Shown here: positions 50,901 to 63,794 of the stretch, piece after piece
Numbering within the stretch: position 1 is the first letter of the stretch
How the letters are laid out: every line of letters starts with the position of its first letter
Assembly (NCBI RefSeq): GCF_009834535.1
Contig: NC_045697.1
Coordinates: forward strand, 111,478,001 to 111,542,000
Source of the DNA: Camelus ferus
Lineage: Eukaryota
Direction of reading: 5' to 3'
DNA length: 64,000 bases
Made by a program: the position numbers and the translations under genes
Notes under the pieces: generated by a model
Told to the model about the DNA's origin: nothing
The model's database searches: none
The model's input: only the letters and a program-made list of their open reading frames with translations

Positions 50901-53900
50901 AATCAGTAAAACATGAATGGCTTCAACTAAAAAGACAAAGGTAGAAAATGAACTTTCACACAGGAATACGTGAACACTAGAGATGAGGGAAGACGAATGG
51001 AAAACCTGCACTGAAGTGGCTACGTGTGATGTGTGAGTGAACCATCAAAGAGCACACAACAGAGAGGAGGAAGGCGCCAGCTGAACAGGCTACGCTCCTT
51101 AGTTCTCAGCAATTCTGCGAAACTGCTCGGTTTTCTGTTATCATCTAAACACGTGGCTATAAAGAAATCTTTCTACCTGGTCTGATTTTCCTTTCTGCTA
51201 CAACTGAGCTAAAAAAACAAACAAACCCAGGTGGGACAAATACTGGTTGCCTCTGTTCCAGGAAGAGTGACATCATGCAGTTTATAAAAATCATATAAGC
51301 CAAACAACCCCCACCCTCCACAGACACAATCAATAGAGAGGTTGCATTGTAAACACTACGATGAATTCCTGGGGCACACGGGAATTCAGATAAGTAAAAA
51401 TATCAACAGCCTCACTATGGGCCTTTCTGATGAGGTAGGAACAAGTATGAACATCGGATCCTACTTTGGGAAGGTTCATGGGCGTCCTCAGGCGGGTCCG
51501 GACGCTCTTCATCAGGACACGCTGCTCTGTCGGTAGCAGGTGGTACTTCATGGCTTCAATGAGGTAATCTTTACAAGCACTGCTGTTCTTCACCAGCGCT
51601 TCCTCCTCCACCCTCTGGGAGAAGAGAGCAGACACAGCCCATGAGGGGACAGCCACTTCATGACCAAACCGACAGAGAAACAAGTAAAGAAGAGGAAAAA
51701 AGCAGTAACTATCCTCTCTTGCTCAGTCTAAAAGTTACAGAGGAAAAGTTTATAAATATCACTGAGAGAAAAGGAAATGATGCCAGAAGATGCTTGAGTA
51801 TCTGGTCTGCAACAGAAAAACATATACAAGTAATAAAGAAGAACTGCAGTGACAATGATATACTTCAATGTCAGCTATAGAATCATCTTTACATAACATT
51901 ATGTTCACTTATTTCTTACCTTTAAACATCAAGCTAAATAGTAAGAAAAATAAGAAAATTTAGATAATGAGTCCCTCAGGTGGGGGAGGCAATATTTATA
52001 AATTAAAGACATCTTTTTCAAACCAAAGAAGGCAAATACAATAGCCAGAAAAGGGATTCAAAATACTTCATACAATGTGCCCACATCAAAATAAACCTTG
52101 TCCTTGCTACCCCCAACCTTAAGTGCAGGACAGGTTTTTTTCTATTCATTTCTTAAAAGCAGAGTACCAATGATTACAACAAATAATGAGGCTTCAAGAA
52201 ATTCTAAAATGCTCAGATCTAATCTCCTAATACAGTGGTACCAGTGGGGAGAGGGAAGGGGGGTCAATATAAGGGTAGGGGAGGAAAAAGAGGGTTATTA
52301 TGGGATTATATGAAATCATGTGTGTGAAACTTTTGAAAATTGTAAAGCACCACAGAATTTAAAGAACCTTTCATTCAATTAAAAAATTTCCATTAGATGC
52401 TTTCAATTATAAATTAAAATACTGAAATATCCTTAGTAGGATGCTAATAATAAAACAGTGAATTTAAAATTGTTCTGAGACTACTAAAAATCCATTTATT
52501 GCTATTCATTTCAAATAACCTGGTTTTCCCCACCTTAGAAATAAAGACAGAAACCAAATGCATGTCACTGTGAAATTATGAAGGAAAATGAAACATTGGG
52601 TTGAATGACAAAATTCTACTTCTACAGGGCAACCAGAGGAGGCCACCAAAAGGGAAGCCGAGGAGATGCAGAGCAGTGATATGGAACCACAGTGTATTTA
52701 TTTACACAGACTTAAATCACCACAAGTACCAGCTGAATAAGCTCTAGTACTCGCTCACACAAATCAGAAACGGGAGGACCAAACTCGTAAGAGCAGGCAG
52801 GAGCCCAAGAATGAGCAGCTGTCAGGACTGGAGCTGTGTTTCTGGTCCTCTGCCCTGGGTCTCCCAGCCCTGTGTCCTGCAGCTCTTGCCACTGTGTGTC
52901 AGGAATCTACGTGCTGTCAGCCCACTGACACGGTGCGACGTGTACTGATGTGTTTTCATACGCTTTTACCTGAACTAAATATTCCCGAGGAAGCAACGGT
53001 AACCGTACATGTTCCATCAGCCGAGCCATAAATTCTTGCCTTACATCTTTGTCATGATTCACCCAAGCTATGACTGCTTCAAATACCTTGCAGAAAATAT
53101 GGGGGAAAGAAAAATAAGTAATCACTTATATACCAAGTCATATGAATAAAATATGACGAGATTACATTTATACACAACTCTCACCAAGACAAAAGTCTAA
53201 TCCATGGCTCAAATTTTTCAAATCCTGACTTGTGATATACTTAAAAAACCACTTCTTTCTGTTTTTTTAATTTGGTACTTAGTAAGTACTTAATTTTTTT
53301 TCCAGCTTTATTGAGATAAAATTAACAGATAACACTAAGTTTAAAGTGGACAACATGTTGACTTGATATATGTGACAAAATGATGACGACCACAGCTTTA
53401 GCTAACACCTGCATCATGTCACATAACTGTCATTTCTTTTTTGTGGTTAGAACATTAATGATCTACCCTCAGCAACTTTCGAGTATGTAATACAGTATTG
53501 TTAACTGTAGTCACCATGCTGTACATCACATGTCTAGAACTTATTCATCTTATAACTAGAAGATGGTACCCTTTGACTGACATCCCTTCAATTCCCCCAC
53601 CCCCAGCGCCTGGTAACCACCACTCAACTCTGTTTCTATGAGTTCTACTTATTTAGAGTCTGCATACAAGTGAGATCACACAGTATGTGTTTCTCTGACT
53701 AATTTCACATAGCATAATGCCCTCAAGGTCTATCCATGTTGTCACAATGGAAGGTTTTCTTCTTTTTATGGCTGAATAACATCCCATGGCATATATATAC
53801 CACTTCTCCTCTATCCTTTCATCCACTGATGGACACTCAGTTGCCTCCACATCTTGGCTACTGTGAAAAACGCCACAGCAAACATGAGAGTGCAGATATC

Positions 53901-56900
53901 TCTTCAGGATTCTGCTTGTATTTCCTCTGGATATATACCCAGAAGTGGGATTGCTGGATCATATGGTATATCTACTTTTAATTTAGTAGGTACTTTATTA
54001 AGTACTTTTATGTGCTTAGTGAATACTTTTTACTTGTTATTTACTACGCATTTCACCAAGTACAATATCTGATCTTGAATTTTAGTGGTAGCAGTGATGA
54101 TCTGATGATATATGATCTAATTCACTGTTGACAATGTTTTCAAATTGAATTTGGCTCTACTTACTTATAGATTAAAATCTCAAGTCCCTTTGAAATAAAG
54201 CACCCAAGATAATAAAGCAAAGTGATATCTGGAAAGAAAATCATGCACTCTTAACAATTCATTTTTGGATTTTTCCTCAGGAAACCTACAAACAAATGTT
54301 GGATCAGATACTTCTAAACCGAGGGTCTGTAGACTACAATAACTCTTGTCACAATAGTAGAATGTACTAAATGTAATATTTTGAATTAAAAATCCAAACA
54401 ATAAGGGAATTACAACATATATCTATGAGAAAGCTTAATAAACAAATATGAAGACAGAATTTGACTATATAATTCCCTTCCAGACTGATGAATATATAAC
54501 CCAATAATCTTTAAAGGGTTGTAGAAAATGCTAGATGATATCTAAGCAGATAACTGGGAGCAAAAAATAGGTTATTTTGATGTAGGAATTAAGCAAGAAA
54601 CTAAAAATAATCTACATTATAATTAACATACCTCTGTAATTAATTCAGTCAGCACCTGAGTATGTCTATGTGTCAGATGCTAGAGACAGAGGGTCCTCTC
54701 AGTCCCGGCTCCTCACTGCTTCTCTGCTCTGCCCTCTCTTCTCCACTCCTGTTTCTACCACCCTACATCAGATCCTGTGCTCTCTGGTAACTCCAGTGTC
54801 CTCTTGTCTGACCCTCGCCCCACTTTTGGTCCACTCTACACAGAACTACTTGGTAGCCACTCTCCAGAAATGGTCCTTACTAAACACCTCTGTGGTCTCC
54901 ACACCTTACGAGTGCCCGCCCCCAGGGAGTGGGAGCTGGTCCTGGGTAGCCCACAGGTGGCAGTGGAGGCTGTGCTGTGGGGCTTCTGAAGCTGGGTCGT
55001 AAGACACCTTTCAGCTTTCTCTCTGGTCTCTTGAAATGCTCATTTGGGGGAAGCCAGAAGTCATGTAAGAAGGCTGATTACTGGAGATGACAAGCTACAA
55101 GAGACCCAAGCTAGTCACAGAGGAAGGGGAGAGGGAACGGGAGAGAGATGCCAACCAGCCCCAGCCCAGGAGCCAGACAAGTGAGTGAAGGGACCACCCA
55201 GATGTTCCAGGCACACAAGATGCCATGTGCAGAAGGACTGATGCCTCAGGTATATGCTCCAGGAGAACCACACAGAGCCATGTCTCCAGCCTTTCAAGCC
55301 AGCCCAGCTGCAGCTCTGGGCACTGGGGAGCAGAGCAGAGACAAGCTGTCCCTGTGTGCCCTGTGTGAATCCTGCCCACGAATCATGAGCATAATATGGT
55401 TATTTTATGTCACTACATTTTGGGACGGTTGTTACACAGCAGGAGAAAACCAGAACAGCTTCTGTGACATTTCCACAGTGCAGCTATCATCATGCCATCC
55501 TCCTCCTGTCACAGCCTCATCATCACTGGGATAAAATCGATTTTCTTTAATGTGGCTGAGAAGGTACCTTATGTCATCTTCCCATTTTATCTCCTACCAC
55601 TCTGCCAACACGGTCTGAACTCTAATCTCACCGAACCAACTGAATGCACTCATTCTCTCACACCTTTTACACTTACATATTCTGTTCCCTCTGCCTGGAC
55701 TGCCCTTCCCATTCTCACTCACCCTTATTTCACTGGCAAACTCATACTCATACTCATACAAGCTTTAAAAACTTGCATCACACATCTGAGCCACACTGAC
55801 CTCCCATCTCTATCCCAGGAATGATTAAATGCTCCTACTGGGCCCCACAGCAGTCTGTGATCATCTGTTACCCCACCAGTTGTTCCTCCAGCCACGAGTA
55901 AAGAATTTTATTTTGTTAATCTTCTCATATCTAGCACTCCACGGCACTGTCTGCTCATAGTAGGTACTCAAAGTGTGTCCACTAAATACAAACAGTAGTG
56001 TCTTCCTCTCCTCTGTATTTCTAGGGTGCTAAGATTGTACATCTCACAAACACTTGCACTTACTTTTTCATATATCGTATTAAAAGAAATGTGTCTTTCT
56101 GCCCCCAGGTAGGATGAATATCCTTGGGGAAGAGAACTAAAGTTTATACAACTTTACATGGAAAGCACACAAAGGAAAAACTCAAATTTTAATTCCTCCA
56201 AATGCAGCGTATTTTTTTCCTTTTTCAGTTTTATTAGGTAGAATTATTAGTTTGTACATATACATTATATTGCATGTAAAACATATGTACAGTTTACTGC
56301 ACACATTTGTAGTTTATATATATGTACTGATCATTGTTTCTAAGAAGAGATTAGAGCTTTAGTTTTTTAAACTTACATAGTTATCAAAGGAATAAAGCCA
56401 ACCACAAAGAATCAACAGAATGTGGTAATCCAATCATAAAGGACAGTCAAATATGCTTATATTCAAGAAATATACTCAAGAAATCAATCATCTAGGTTAT
56501 AAATAATAAGTAGTTCATTTGTGTCCTTTTGTTTGTTTGTTTTTTGTTTTTAGATTCCACATGTAAGTGATATCATACGGCATTTTTCTTTCTCTTTCCG
56601 GCCCACTTCCCTTAGAATACAAGATGTTCATAAGCTTTTGTGCCCTGATTTCCACAGGCTATAATACCTACTGAAAGAACAAATCCATTAAGAGAAGCTT
56701 CTCTCTCCAGTGATCGGGTGGCTGACAAAGGCAACCCCAAGTGCAGAGAGACAGAGGCCCCAACCAGACGAAGCAGCTGCACAGGCTCTGAAGGGGAGAA
56801 GGAAGCCCGGGGAGGGTGGGGTGTGAGCTGCAAGGGCCAAATCTAAAGGAAGAGGCTCAGTCTGGAGTAGCTAAACTTGGCCACCCTGGGTGACTTCTTC

Positions 56901-57371
56901 CAACTCACAAGGTGGTGAAATCACTTGGCTTGAGAACATTGTGTTTACATCACAGTTCTTTCAGGTGTCTAGCTGTGGGGAGAAAGCCAGTTCCCCGAAG
57001 GTCCCTGTTTCAGACCGTTTAATGTGTGCAGGCTCCTGCTGTGGGTCAAGTACAAAACCCTGGCGTCTGATTTTGGGAAGCTCCTTGGCAGTGAGGACAC
57101 ATGGTCATTTACACAACCAACTAGTCAACTGGCTGCGTTTCTCAACTTTCAGATCAAAGATCACTGGCTGTCACTACACATACAGGATCACAAAGTTACA
57201 AAACAAAGCAAAAGGAAAAATACGGTGTCACTGTATACTAGGAAAAGAAAACTACACTCACCTTCTCTTCTGAAGAAATGGTAAGTTTGTCACTTGAGAT
57301 TAAGCTGCACACTTGCTCAATGCCGAGGTTGAGAAACTCCTCACTGAGCACGACGTCTGCAAAGTGCTGCT
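32900..57371 (-). CDS. KLHL2: Kelch-like protein 2 (Mayven; CUL3 adaptor), 5'-partial: exons 57262-57371, 52970-53086, 51465-51614, 46389-46506, 39375-39572, 38899-39000, 37579-37707, 36796-36936, 34113-34256, 32900-32928
   Basis: Exon phases join in frame: BACK segment ([13 protein letters not shown]..., [19 protein letters not shown]...), Kelch repeats ([32 protein letters not shown]), C-terminus GVTVIDKPL*. Adjacency to MSMO1 matches known mammalian synteny. Confidence 0.96.
34113..34256 (-). CDS. KLHL2: KLHL2 penultimate exon
   Basis: taaag|GA GTT ... GCAG|gtaata; [48 protein letters not shown]. Confidence 0.94.
36796..36936 (-). CDS. KLHL2: KLHL2 exon
   Basis: ttacag|GT ... GCAG|gtattt; [29 protein letters not shown]...RRNA. 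Confidence 0.95.
37579..37707 (-). CDS. KLHL2: KLHL2 exon
   Basis: gctag|GC CTG ... GCCG|gtgagt; [43 protein letters not shown]. Confidence 0.94.
38070..38430 (+). mobile_element. Old L1 (L1MB-like) 3' end
   Basis: atgaatgaaccttgaaaacatta...aagaagccagtcacaaaggacca. Confidence 0.8.
38899..39000 (-). CDS. KLHL2: KLHL2 exon
   Basis: ctgcag|GT CTG ... GGAG|gtacgg; [34 protein letters not shown]. Confidence 0.94.
39375..39572 (-). CDS. KLHL2: KLHL2 exon (Kelch 2-3), followed by a GC donor
   Basis: ttgcag|GG ATG ... ACAG|gcaatt; [29 protein letters not shown]...GGFDGST. Confidence 0.92.
39973..40290. mobile_element. hAT-Charlie MER58-like element
   Basis: caggggttggtaaa start; tttattgaaacacagcc; ctggtcctttaagaaaaagtttgc end. 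Confidence 0.8.
41477..41640 (+). mobile_element. Vic-1-like SINE
   Basis: gagggtatacctcagtggtagag...cacaaggtcctgggttcaatccc plus A-rich tail. Confidence 0.85.
41952..44990 (+). mobile_element. L1 with 5' UTR start, ORF1 3' part, ORF2 EN/RT remnant and A tail; internally deleted; inserted in an older L1M
   Basis: 5' ggaggatcaagatggcagagtag; [11 protein letters not shown] near 43100; [22 protein letters not shown] aactaaatgaaatgt (41937-41951) / aaataaatgcaatgt (44988-45002); many stops and frameshifts. Confidence 0.9.
46389..46506 (-). CDS. KLHL2: KLHL2 exon (Kelch 1)
   Basis: ttccag|TTG ... GCAG|gtaagc; [39 protein letters not shown]. Confidence 0.95.
49560..50950 (+). mobile_element. Ancient CR1/L3-type LINE ORF2 remnant
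   Basis: [34 protein letters not shown] near 49948-50050 matches CR1 KSPGPDGIHPRVLKELA...[29 protein letters not shown] resembles LYSALVRPHLEYC. Confidence 0.8.
51465..51614 (-). CDS. KLHL2: KLHL2 exon
   Basis: cccag|AGG ... AAA|gtagga; [28 protein letters not shown]...NLPK. Confidence 0.94.
52970..53086 (-). CDS. KLHL2: KLHL2 exon
   Basis: gcaag|GTA ... CAG|gtaaaa; [39 protein letters not shown]. Confidence 0.94.
53295..53980 (-). mobile_element. L1 (L1MA-like) 3' end
   Basis: ggatatatacccagaagtgggattgctggatcatatggta; poly(T) and tttatt at the left end. Confidence 0.88.
54850..55458 (+). mobile_element. MaLR MLT1-type LTR
   Basis: gccagaagtcatgtaag, gccagcccagctg, 3' ttgttacacagca...aaccagaaca. 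Confidence 0.75.
56212..56607 (-). mobile_element. Short retroposed insert: L1 3' segment (56510-56607) plus ~290-bp AT-rich tail ending in AATAAA and poly(A)
   Basis: tagattccacatgtaagtgatatcat...cttagaat is L1-like; tttatt at 56230-56235 followed by a T tract. Confidence 0.6.
57262..57371 (-). CDS. KLHL2: KLHL2 exon (BACK domain)
   Basis: aaacag|AG CAG CAC ... GAG AAG|gtgagt; [37 protein letters not shown]. Confidence 0.93.
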
Positions 57372-58699
57372 CTGTTTGGAGATTACAGAGAAAATCCATT
57401 AACACCAGCATTCCACTATTATCATTTTAAACTGCTTAAAAAAGAAGAGGCTTTTCTTAATCTAACCAATGAGTGAGAAAACCAAGTGTACTTCCTTAAG
57501 GCAAGAACTAGCAAGAGGAACCCAGACAACTCACCTGGGGAAGTGGTCTGTCCCTGAGTGACAAAGGGAAAGCACCTGCAGGAAGGCAGCCTTACTGTTC
57601 ACGCAGCTGAATCACTTCTGTTTCATAAGGTGGTATTTTAGAGTTAAATATCTATTCCTTACATGGTCGTAGGACTATCAGTATTAAAATTTGTAAAACC
57701 TTTTGTTTACATAAATCAGATAAAGTACATTCACACACTTGACTTTATTAGGTAAAACAGAGAGCTTTAGAACATAATGGGATAAAGAGGGAAAGCTGCT
57801 TAATTTGAAAACTAAAGATTAAACTAAACAAAGAAATCTTAAACACTGGTCCATCTGAATATATGACCATCATTTAAAAAGAGCAGAACTAGTCTATAAT
57901 ATAGATAGTTCTGAATTCCATGTAAGCAGCTTTTTTAGGAATTAAGTTACACTGTTTTATACTCTCAACCCCTTTCCAGAAACCAGTGAAATTAGTAATT
58001 CTTAAAATACTTGGGGGAGGGGACTCTCTTTAATTTCACAAATATACCCAACTCCTCAAAGGTGGGGGAAGTGGGAGCTATTAGTATAATCCATGACTTT
58101 AAAACTTAAGAAAATATATATATATTTACAAAGTATCCTTTCCCGCAAGCCCAGCTGTCATTTTAAAGTGTGAGCTCACAAGGAAAGGTGGTGGTGGAAT
58201 CCCAGCTCTGCCATGTGCTAGCCTGTAAACCCTTGGACAAGTTTTGTAATTTCTCTAAGCCTTGGTTTCCTCGTCTGTACATTAGGGTTAGGTAATAAAA
58301 ATACCTTACCTAACAAGAGGTATTAAGGTATTAATGCTGTGAGGATTAAATAAATTGTTTACAAGCACCTAGATCTGTGCGTGGTAACGAGTGAGGATTC
58401 AGATCTTGCTCTTACTGTATTACAATCCCTGCAGTCTAAAGTAAAGACCTGCCAGAAGTTGTAGGTATTTTCTGGGTCTTTACAACTAACCAAATTCTAA
58501 TAGTAATTTTTTTAAAAAGGCTTTTCTAAAATGAAATAAAAGATTCATTTCAAATACGTGTTTCAACACACCATAAAAAGGATTAGTCGGCTTCCCTTTC
58601 AGTGGACACAGGGCAGACCCATGCCCTCAAGGCTGGGGAGAGCAACAGGAGAATACTGGGAGCCGCAGCTGAGGGGCAGAGAGTCACAAGCAGATTCCA

Positions 58700-59770
58700 C
58701 GTGGGAACTCGTGCCAGGGCAGGAAGCCTCAGCATGGACACTCTGAGATTTAAAACTTAAGCGGGGCTCAGTCATAGAAGGATCCTCACAATACAGTGAG
58801 ATTTACATCTAGGAGGTTGACCCAGTTCCCACAGTAAATATCAGAGCAAAATCCCCTCTGGCTTTTGGAGTGAGGAGGAAAAATGAAATAATTTGAAATA
58901 TCCAAAGTACTGTTCTTAACCATGCCTGCCCTCAGCAGAAGCTAGTTTTTCAGAGCGTAACTGACCCGAGGAAGGGAAACACCCAACTCCCGCCCACTCC
59001 AGCCATCCTGTCCCGCCTCGGGAGGGAGTGAGAAACCTGAGAAATACTTGTGAGGTTCCACAGTCCAGAGCCACAGGCTCACTAACAAACTGAGACCTAA
59101 TCACAGGGCCACAGAAGGCTGCCCTCCCACACCTCACCACCACTGCATGAAAGGCCTGTTTACAGCAGTTCCTTTCACTGGTCTGGCTATCAAGAAAAAA
59201 TTACAAGGCATTCCAAAAGGCAAAAACACAACTTGAAGAGACAGAGCAAGCATCAGAACCAGACATGGCCAGGATGCTGGATTTACCAGAGCGGAAATTT
59301 AAAACACAATTTAAAACAACTATGATAAATATACGAAGGGGGCCTAATGGGTAAAGTAGACAGCACGCAAGAACAGATGGGTAATATGAACAGAGGGATG
59401 GAACTTCTAAGAGAGAACCAAGAAGAAATGCTAGAGATCAGAAACACGGTGAGGAAAATGAAGAATGCCTTTGATGGGTTTATTAGTAGACTGGACACGA
59501 CAGAGGAAAGAACCTGAGCTTGAGGATAATGGTGGATGCACGTCAGTATACACGGGTCAAAACCCACAGAATGTACAACACAGTGCACCCTAACATACAC
59601 CAGGACTTCAGTTAATAATAACGTATCAGTCAGTACTGGCTCATTGTCTGTAACAAACGCACCACACTAAAGCAAGACGTTAATAGAAACCATAGGGAGA
59701 GGGACCATACAGGAAGAACTTGGCACTGCCCACCCCATTTGTCTATAAACCTACAAGTGCTCTAACAAAT
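58700..59770 (+). mobile_element. Old L1 (L1MC/MD-like) 5'/ORF1 fragment joined to a 3' end fragment
   Basis: ORF1-like aaagtagacagca.gcaagaacagatgggtaat and aagaatgcctttgatggg; 3' gtcaaaacccacagaatgtacaaca. Confidence 0.7.
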
Positions 59771-60819
59771 ACATCAAGAGTATTAGTCCAAAAATGCACT
59801 ATTGAAGAACAACATGAATGATTAATTTGTAACTGAATCTGTAATCAAAAGTCAAACTGGAAAAAAGTAAAATGGGTATTTGAAAAAATACCAACTAAAG
59901 GTTAAATTTAAATATACATTTTTAACATATACCTAGTCCTTATAATTTACTATTTTTATATTTCTTATAATTTATTAGTTTTAATTTATCTAGTTATTAC
60001 AATATTACATCACAACAGTACTTTAAAACCTAGTGTAAATTTTAAATAGGGTTACAGATTTTAATAAATCACCATAATTAATTACAAGGGTCCTTTCTAC
60101 ATCTGAATATGATCCTACTATTTCCTCACCTCACACAACATTTACATAAAAAATATTTCAAAAGTCTTTACGTATAAAAAATAAGGAAAAACTTTTCTTC
60201 AGTGGCCGGATTTGCTTTTTAAAGAATGAACATAAGAAAAACATTAAAGAGATTCTTTATATTTGAAGTTCCCAAATATTAAGAGATAAATTCATTTTAG
60301 TGAAAATCTGGCAACAGTATATAAATTAAAAAATGTTTATGACAGCAACTTGGAAATTCAAAGATAAATACACAGTAGCTCCTGAACAAAAGACAAGTGC
60401 ATACAAACCTCTTTTTCCTACTCATAAAATATTTTCACTTCCAAACATAGGTCTATAATGATTTTGCACCAAGCTTCTTTACAATTTTAAAATCTGAACC
60501 AAAGAGACTCCTAGCCTCCTCATACTTCTCATTGCAGGAAAAATCTCTAGTGGTAACAAACACAACAAAGAGAACATAACTTCTCTATATCATGACTGTA
60601 TGAGTTACCCTAGACTCTGTCTCATCAATATGAAAAACAGACTTGCTAAAAAAGCAAATCTGGTGGTTTTTTTAAAAAAAATTAGCAATTACATTAATTT
60701 AGAAATAAGGACACTAGTAAACTCTATCTGAAGTCAAGTCTGGGCTCTCAATTCATTGAGTGCTCTTTACTAGTGATAAAGGGAAGTTAAGAGGGCACGG
60801 AATACAGTCAACTATTACA

Positions 60820-60972
60820 ACTGTATGGTTGGCCCTCTCCTATCCGTGGCTGTGAAACCCAACTGTATTCATCCTCCAGCATTTTATACAGAGGACTTGC
60901 GCATCCGCGGATGCTGGTATCAGCGGGGCTCCTGGAACCAGTCCCCCAGGAATACACTGGAACAACTATACT
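60820..60972 (-). mobile_element. MER2/Tigger-like short element
   Basis: gacttgcgcatccgcggat...ggtatc...ctggaacca.tcccc, the reverse of the MER2 5' end. Confidence 0.65.
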
Positions 60973-62957
60973 GTCAAAACCATAACATAGCTGTTATTCA
61001 AACAAATGAACCCCATCCCCCTCACCAATTACCAAAACACTAGTCTAAACGAAAAGTGGAGAAAGAAGAAATGTTCAAAGAAAATGTCACTGCACACATA
61101 TACAAATCTTTAAATAGTTCCAACCCTCACATACATTCTACTTTCTACCTGAACAACTTAGTGAAACCTCTCAGTGCTGGAATCTAATGTTCAGCCCTCC
61201 CTCTGTATTATATTTTCTTTGGAGAGGGCCTGGGAAATGCGTGGTGCATCACTAAACATGAAGGCATGTTTGGCATCAGTTGTAAATTAGTTCACTGTAA
61301 GGCCTGCCTTTCATCTATTTACAGCAACAGTACGAGCATTCAAATATTCTGCTGTGCTAACTGACAGCAGCTTGGTCGGACTGTTGCTGCAACACGCCCG
61401 ATGCACCCAGATGCACCAGATGACCAGCTCAGTCACGGGAAGGCACTCCGGGGCACGAGTGATACTTTGAAATTTTTTGGTTGCACAAAGTTGTCCTGTG
61501 AATAATCTGAGCATTTTACTGCTCCTTCCCACTCAACCTGAAGACTCCACCCGCTTACCTACAGCAGCTCACACAGTGCATGTGGCCTGACTTCATCCCA
61601 CAACCCAGCAGGGTTCATGACTACCCAGGGCCACTATCCTTGGCCCGACCCTCAATTCACTGTTTCCAGAATGTCTTCTGCTGTTTCAGTGTTCCGATGC
61701 CTCAGCCTGCGTCTCCTACTGTTTCTCAGCCCAGGCTTGCTCTGCATATGATCCTACCGACCTTAACACTTCAACCAGTTCACTTCGTATCAAACTAAAA
61801 ACACTAAAGGTTGCCTATGTTAAAAGTGTATATATAATAGCATACATTAAACTTAAAACATATATTAAAAGTACCTATAACCAATTCTCTTGAACTAAAA
61901 TAAAGTAACTCTTGTCATCTGAATGGGAAAAAGTTTAAGTCTATATATGTTAGAGGGAAAAATAAAATCCTGATGTCAAACTTGTAAGAGCAAAAGGAGC
62001 TTTACAAAGTTTTTACGGGAATATACAAAATCTAAACCACATTTATAAAGGGAAACTCCTGACCACCTCAGAAGGAAGATCTTTGTGTGAGGGGAGGTCA
62101 CAAATTTTAGTCATCTAATGTGAGACACTGGCTACAGGGCAAGCCATTTCTCCAACACATATTTAAAAAGTATCATGGCCTCCGAACAATCCCTTTAATG
62201 AATCAGTAAAATTTTACATGTGTTTTCAAAAACATTAAAATAACATGAACTCTGGCATGACTGACAGCGGCAAATCTCAATTTTAAGATTCCTACACACG
62301 TATTCAAATTTCTAGGTACCAAAAGCAATTGAAAACATGTTTGGATAGAAATTGGTTCACAGGGACTCCGTGGGAAGACAAGAAGGTCAGTGCTGCCCAT
62401 CTGTCATTTTATATGTTCTCGATATAAATCATTATTTGTCTCTCTGATGCTTAGTTCCTCTTGTTAAATGCTCTCATATTACCACTGCTGCCAATAAAAA
62501 TGACATGATATGAACATTTCTTCCTTGGCCTCAAGCCACAAAACCATGAAGGACAAAATTAAAAACAAAACAAAAAAACAAAACAAAACAAAACAAAACC
62601 CTACTAAATGAAACAGTGTACTATTTCATACTGCTGGCAGGAATATAAATAAATCAGTACAAGCTCTCCAGAGAGCAATACTGAAATCATCCTACAAGTG
62701 CACCTGACCACTTATTAAAGAGCACACTGACCGCAGCACTGTTTTTAATAACTGCAAAAAAAAAAAAGAGTTCGCCAGTTGAAATTAGTTAAAACAGTAC
62801 AACTATACAATGGAATAGTCTGCATCTATAAAAAAGAACAAGAAAGCTCATGCTGTGAAAACAGCTTCAGGAAATACTGTCAATTTGAGAGAAAAAGGGC
62901 ACAGAACAGAGTATACAGCACGTTGGCTACCTTTTGTGTAAGAAAAGGGAAGGATAA

Positions 62958-63480
62958 TGTAACAGGGAAGAACAAATCTGACTCCATATTTGACTGTTCC
63001 TTTCGCTCTGACCTTGTGCTCTGTTGTCTGTGCTTCGTCATGCTGGTTCTGCACATTTTGTAAAAGAACACTGCCTACAGCCTTGAAATATATAAAACAG
63101 CCCATTCTCAAGGCCCTGACCTTTAAGAGTATAATGCTTTCCAATGCACAGAGAGATTAAAAGTTGCAGAACAGAGAATAACATTTGTCTTGTTCGAGGT
63201 TTGCAGAGGCACGATGACCTGACATAGGTGGACAGCTGCAAGGACAAAGGATTCTGGATTCCTATACCAAGAATTCTGCAACAACCAACCACAACCCCTC
63301 TCCTTCTTAGTATAAAAGGAGACTGAATTCTGACTTGGATAAGGTTCTCCAGGATGTTCATTAGTCTGCCCTCTTCTCTGCCTGCTGACTTTTTGAATAA
63401 AGTTGCTATTCCTTGCCACCTCGTCTCCCGATTTATTGGCCTGTCGGGCCGTAAGAAGAACAAGTTTGGATTCGGTAACA
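62958..63480 (+). mobile_element. ERV1 solo LTR (MER41-like), 523 bp
   Basis: TG...CA termini (tgtaaca...ggtaaca), 4-bp TSD ATAA, TATAAAA at 63311-63317, AATAAA at 63396-63401. Confidence 0.88.
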
Positions 63481-63794
63481 ATAACACTATAGATTCATGC
63501 ACACTGGAAAGCTATAAAAGGAACTAATAAAAACAATTACCTATAGAAGAGGGTATACTTAAGGAAGAGGGAAGTAAGACAGGCATGGAAACAAATTTTT
63601 TCAGTGGATAGCTTTGTACGTTGTATTGTTATGTGAACCATGTGAACCAATTATCTAGCCTCCCCAACCCCCCAAACCCAAAACATAAAAACCAAAAACT
63701 AACACTAGTGATTACCTTTGCAGAGGGTGAGGGGGGATGAAGGACAAGGGAAAAAGGGAGACTTTTTCAATGTACACCTTTCAATACACTTGTG

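Noticed and set aside
63038..63502. 154-aa minus ORF as a retroviral protein
   Set aside because: It lies across a solo LTR and has no gag, pol or env motifs
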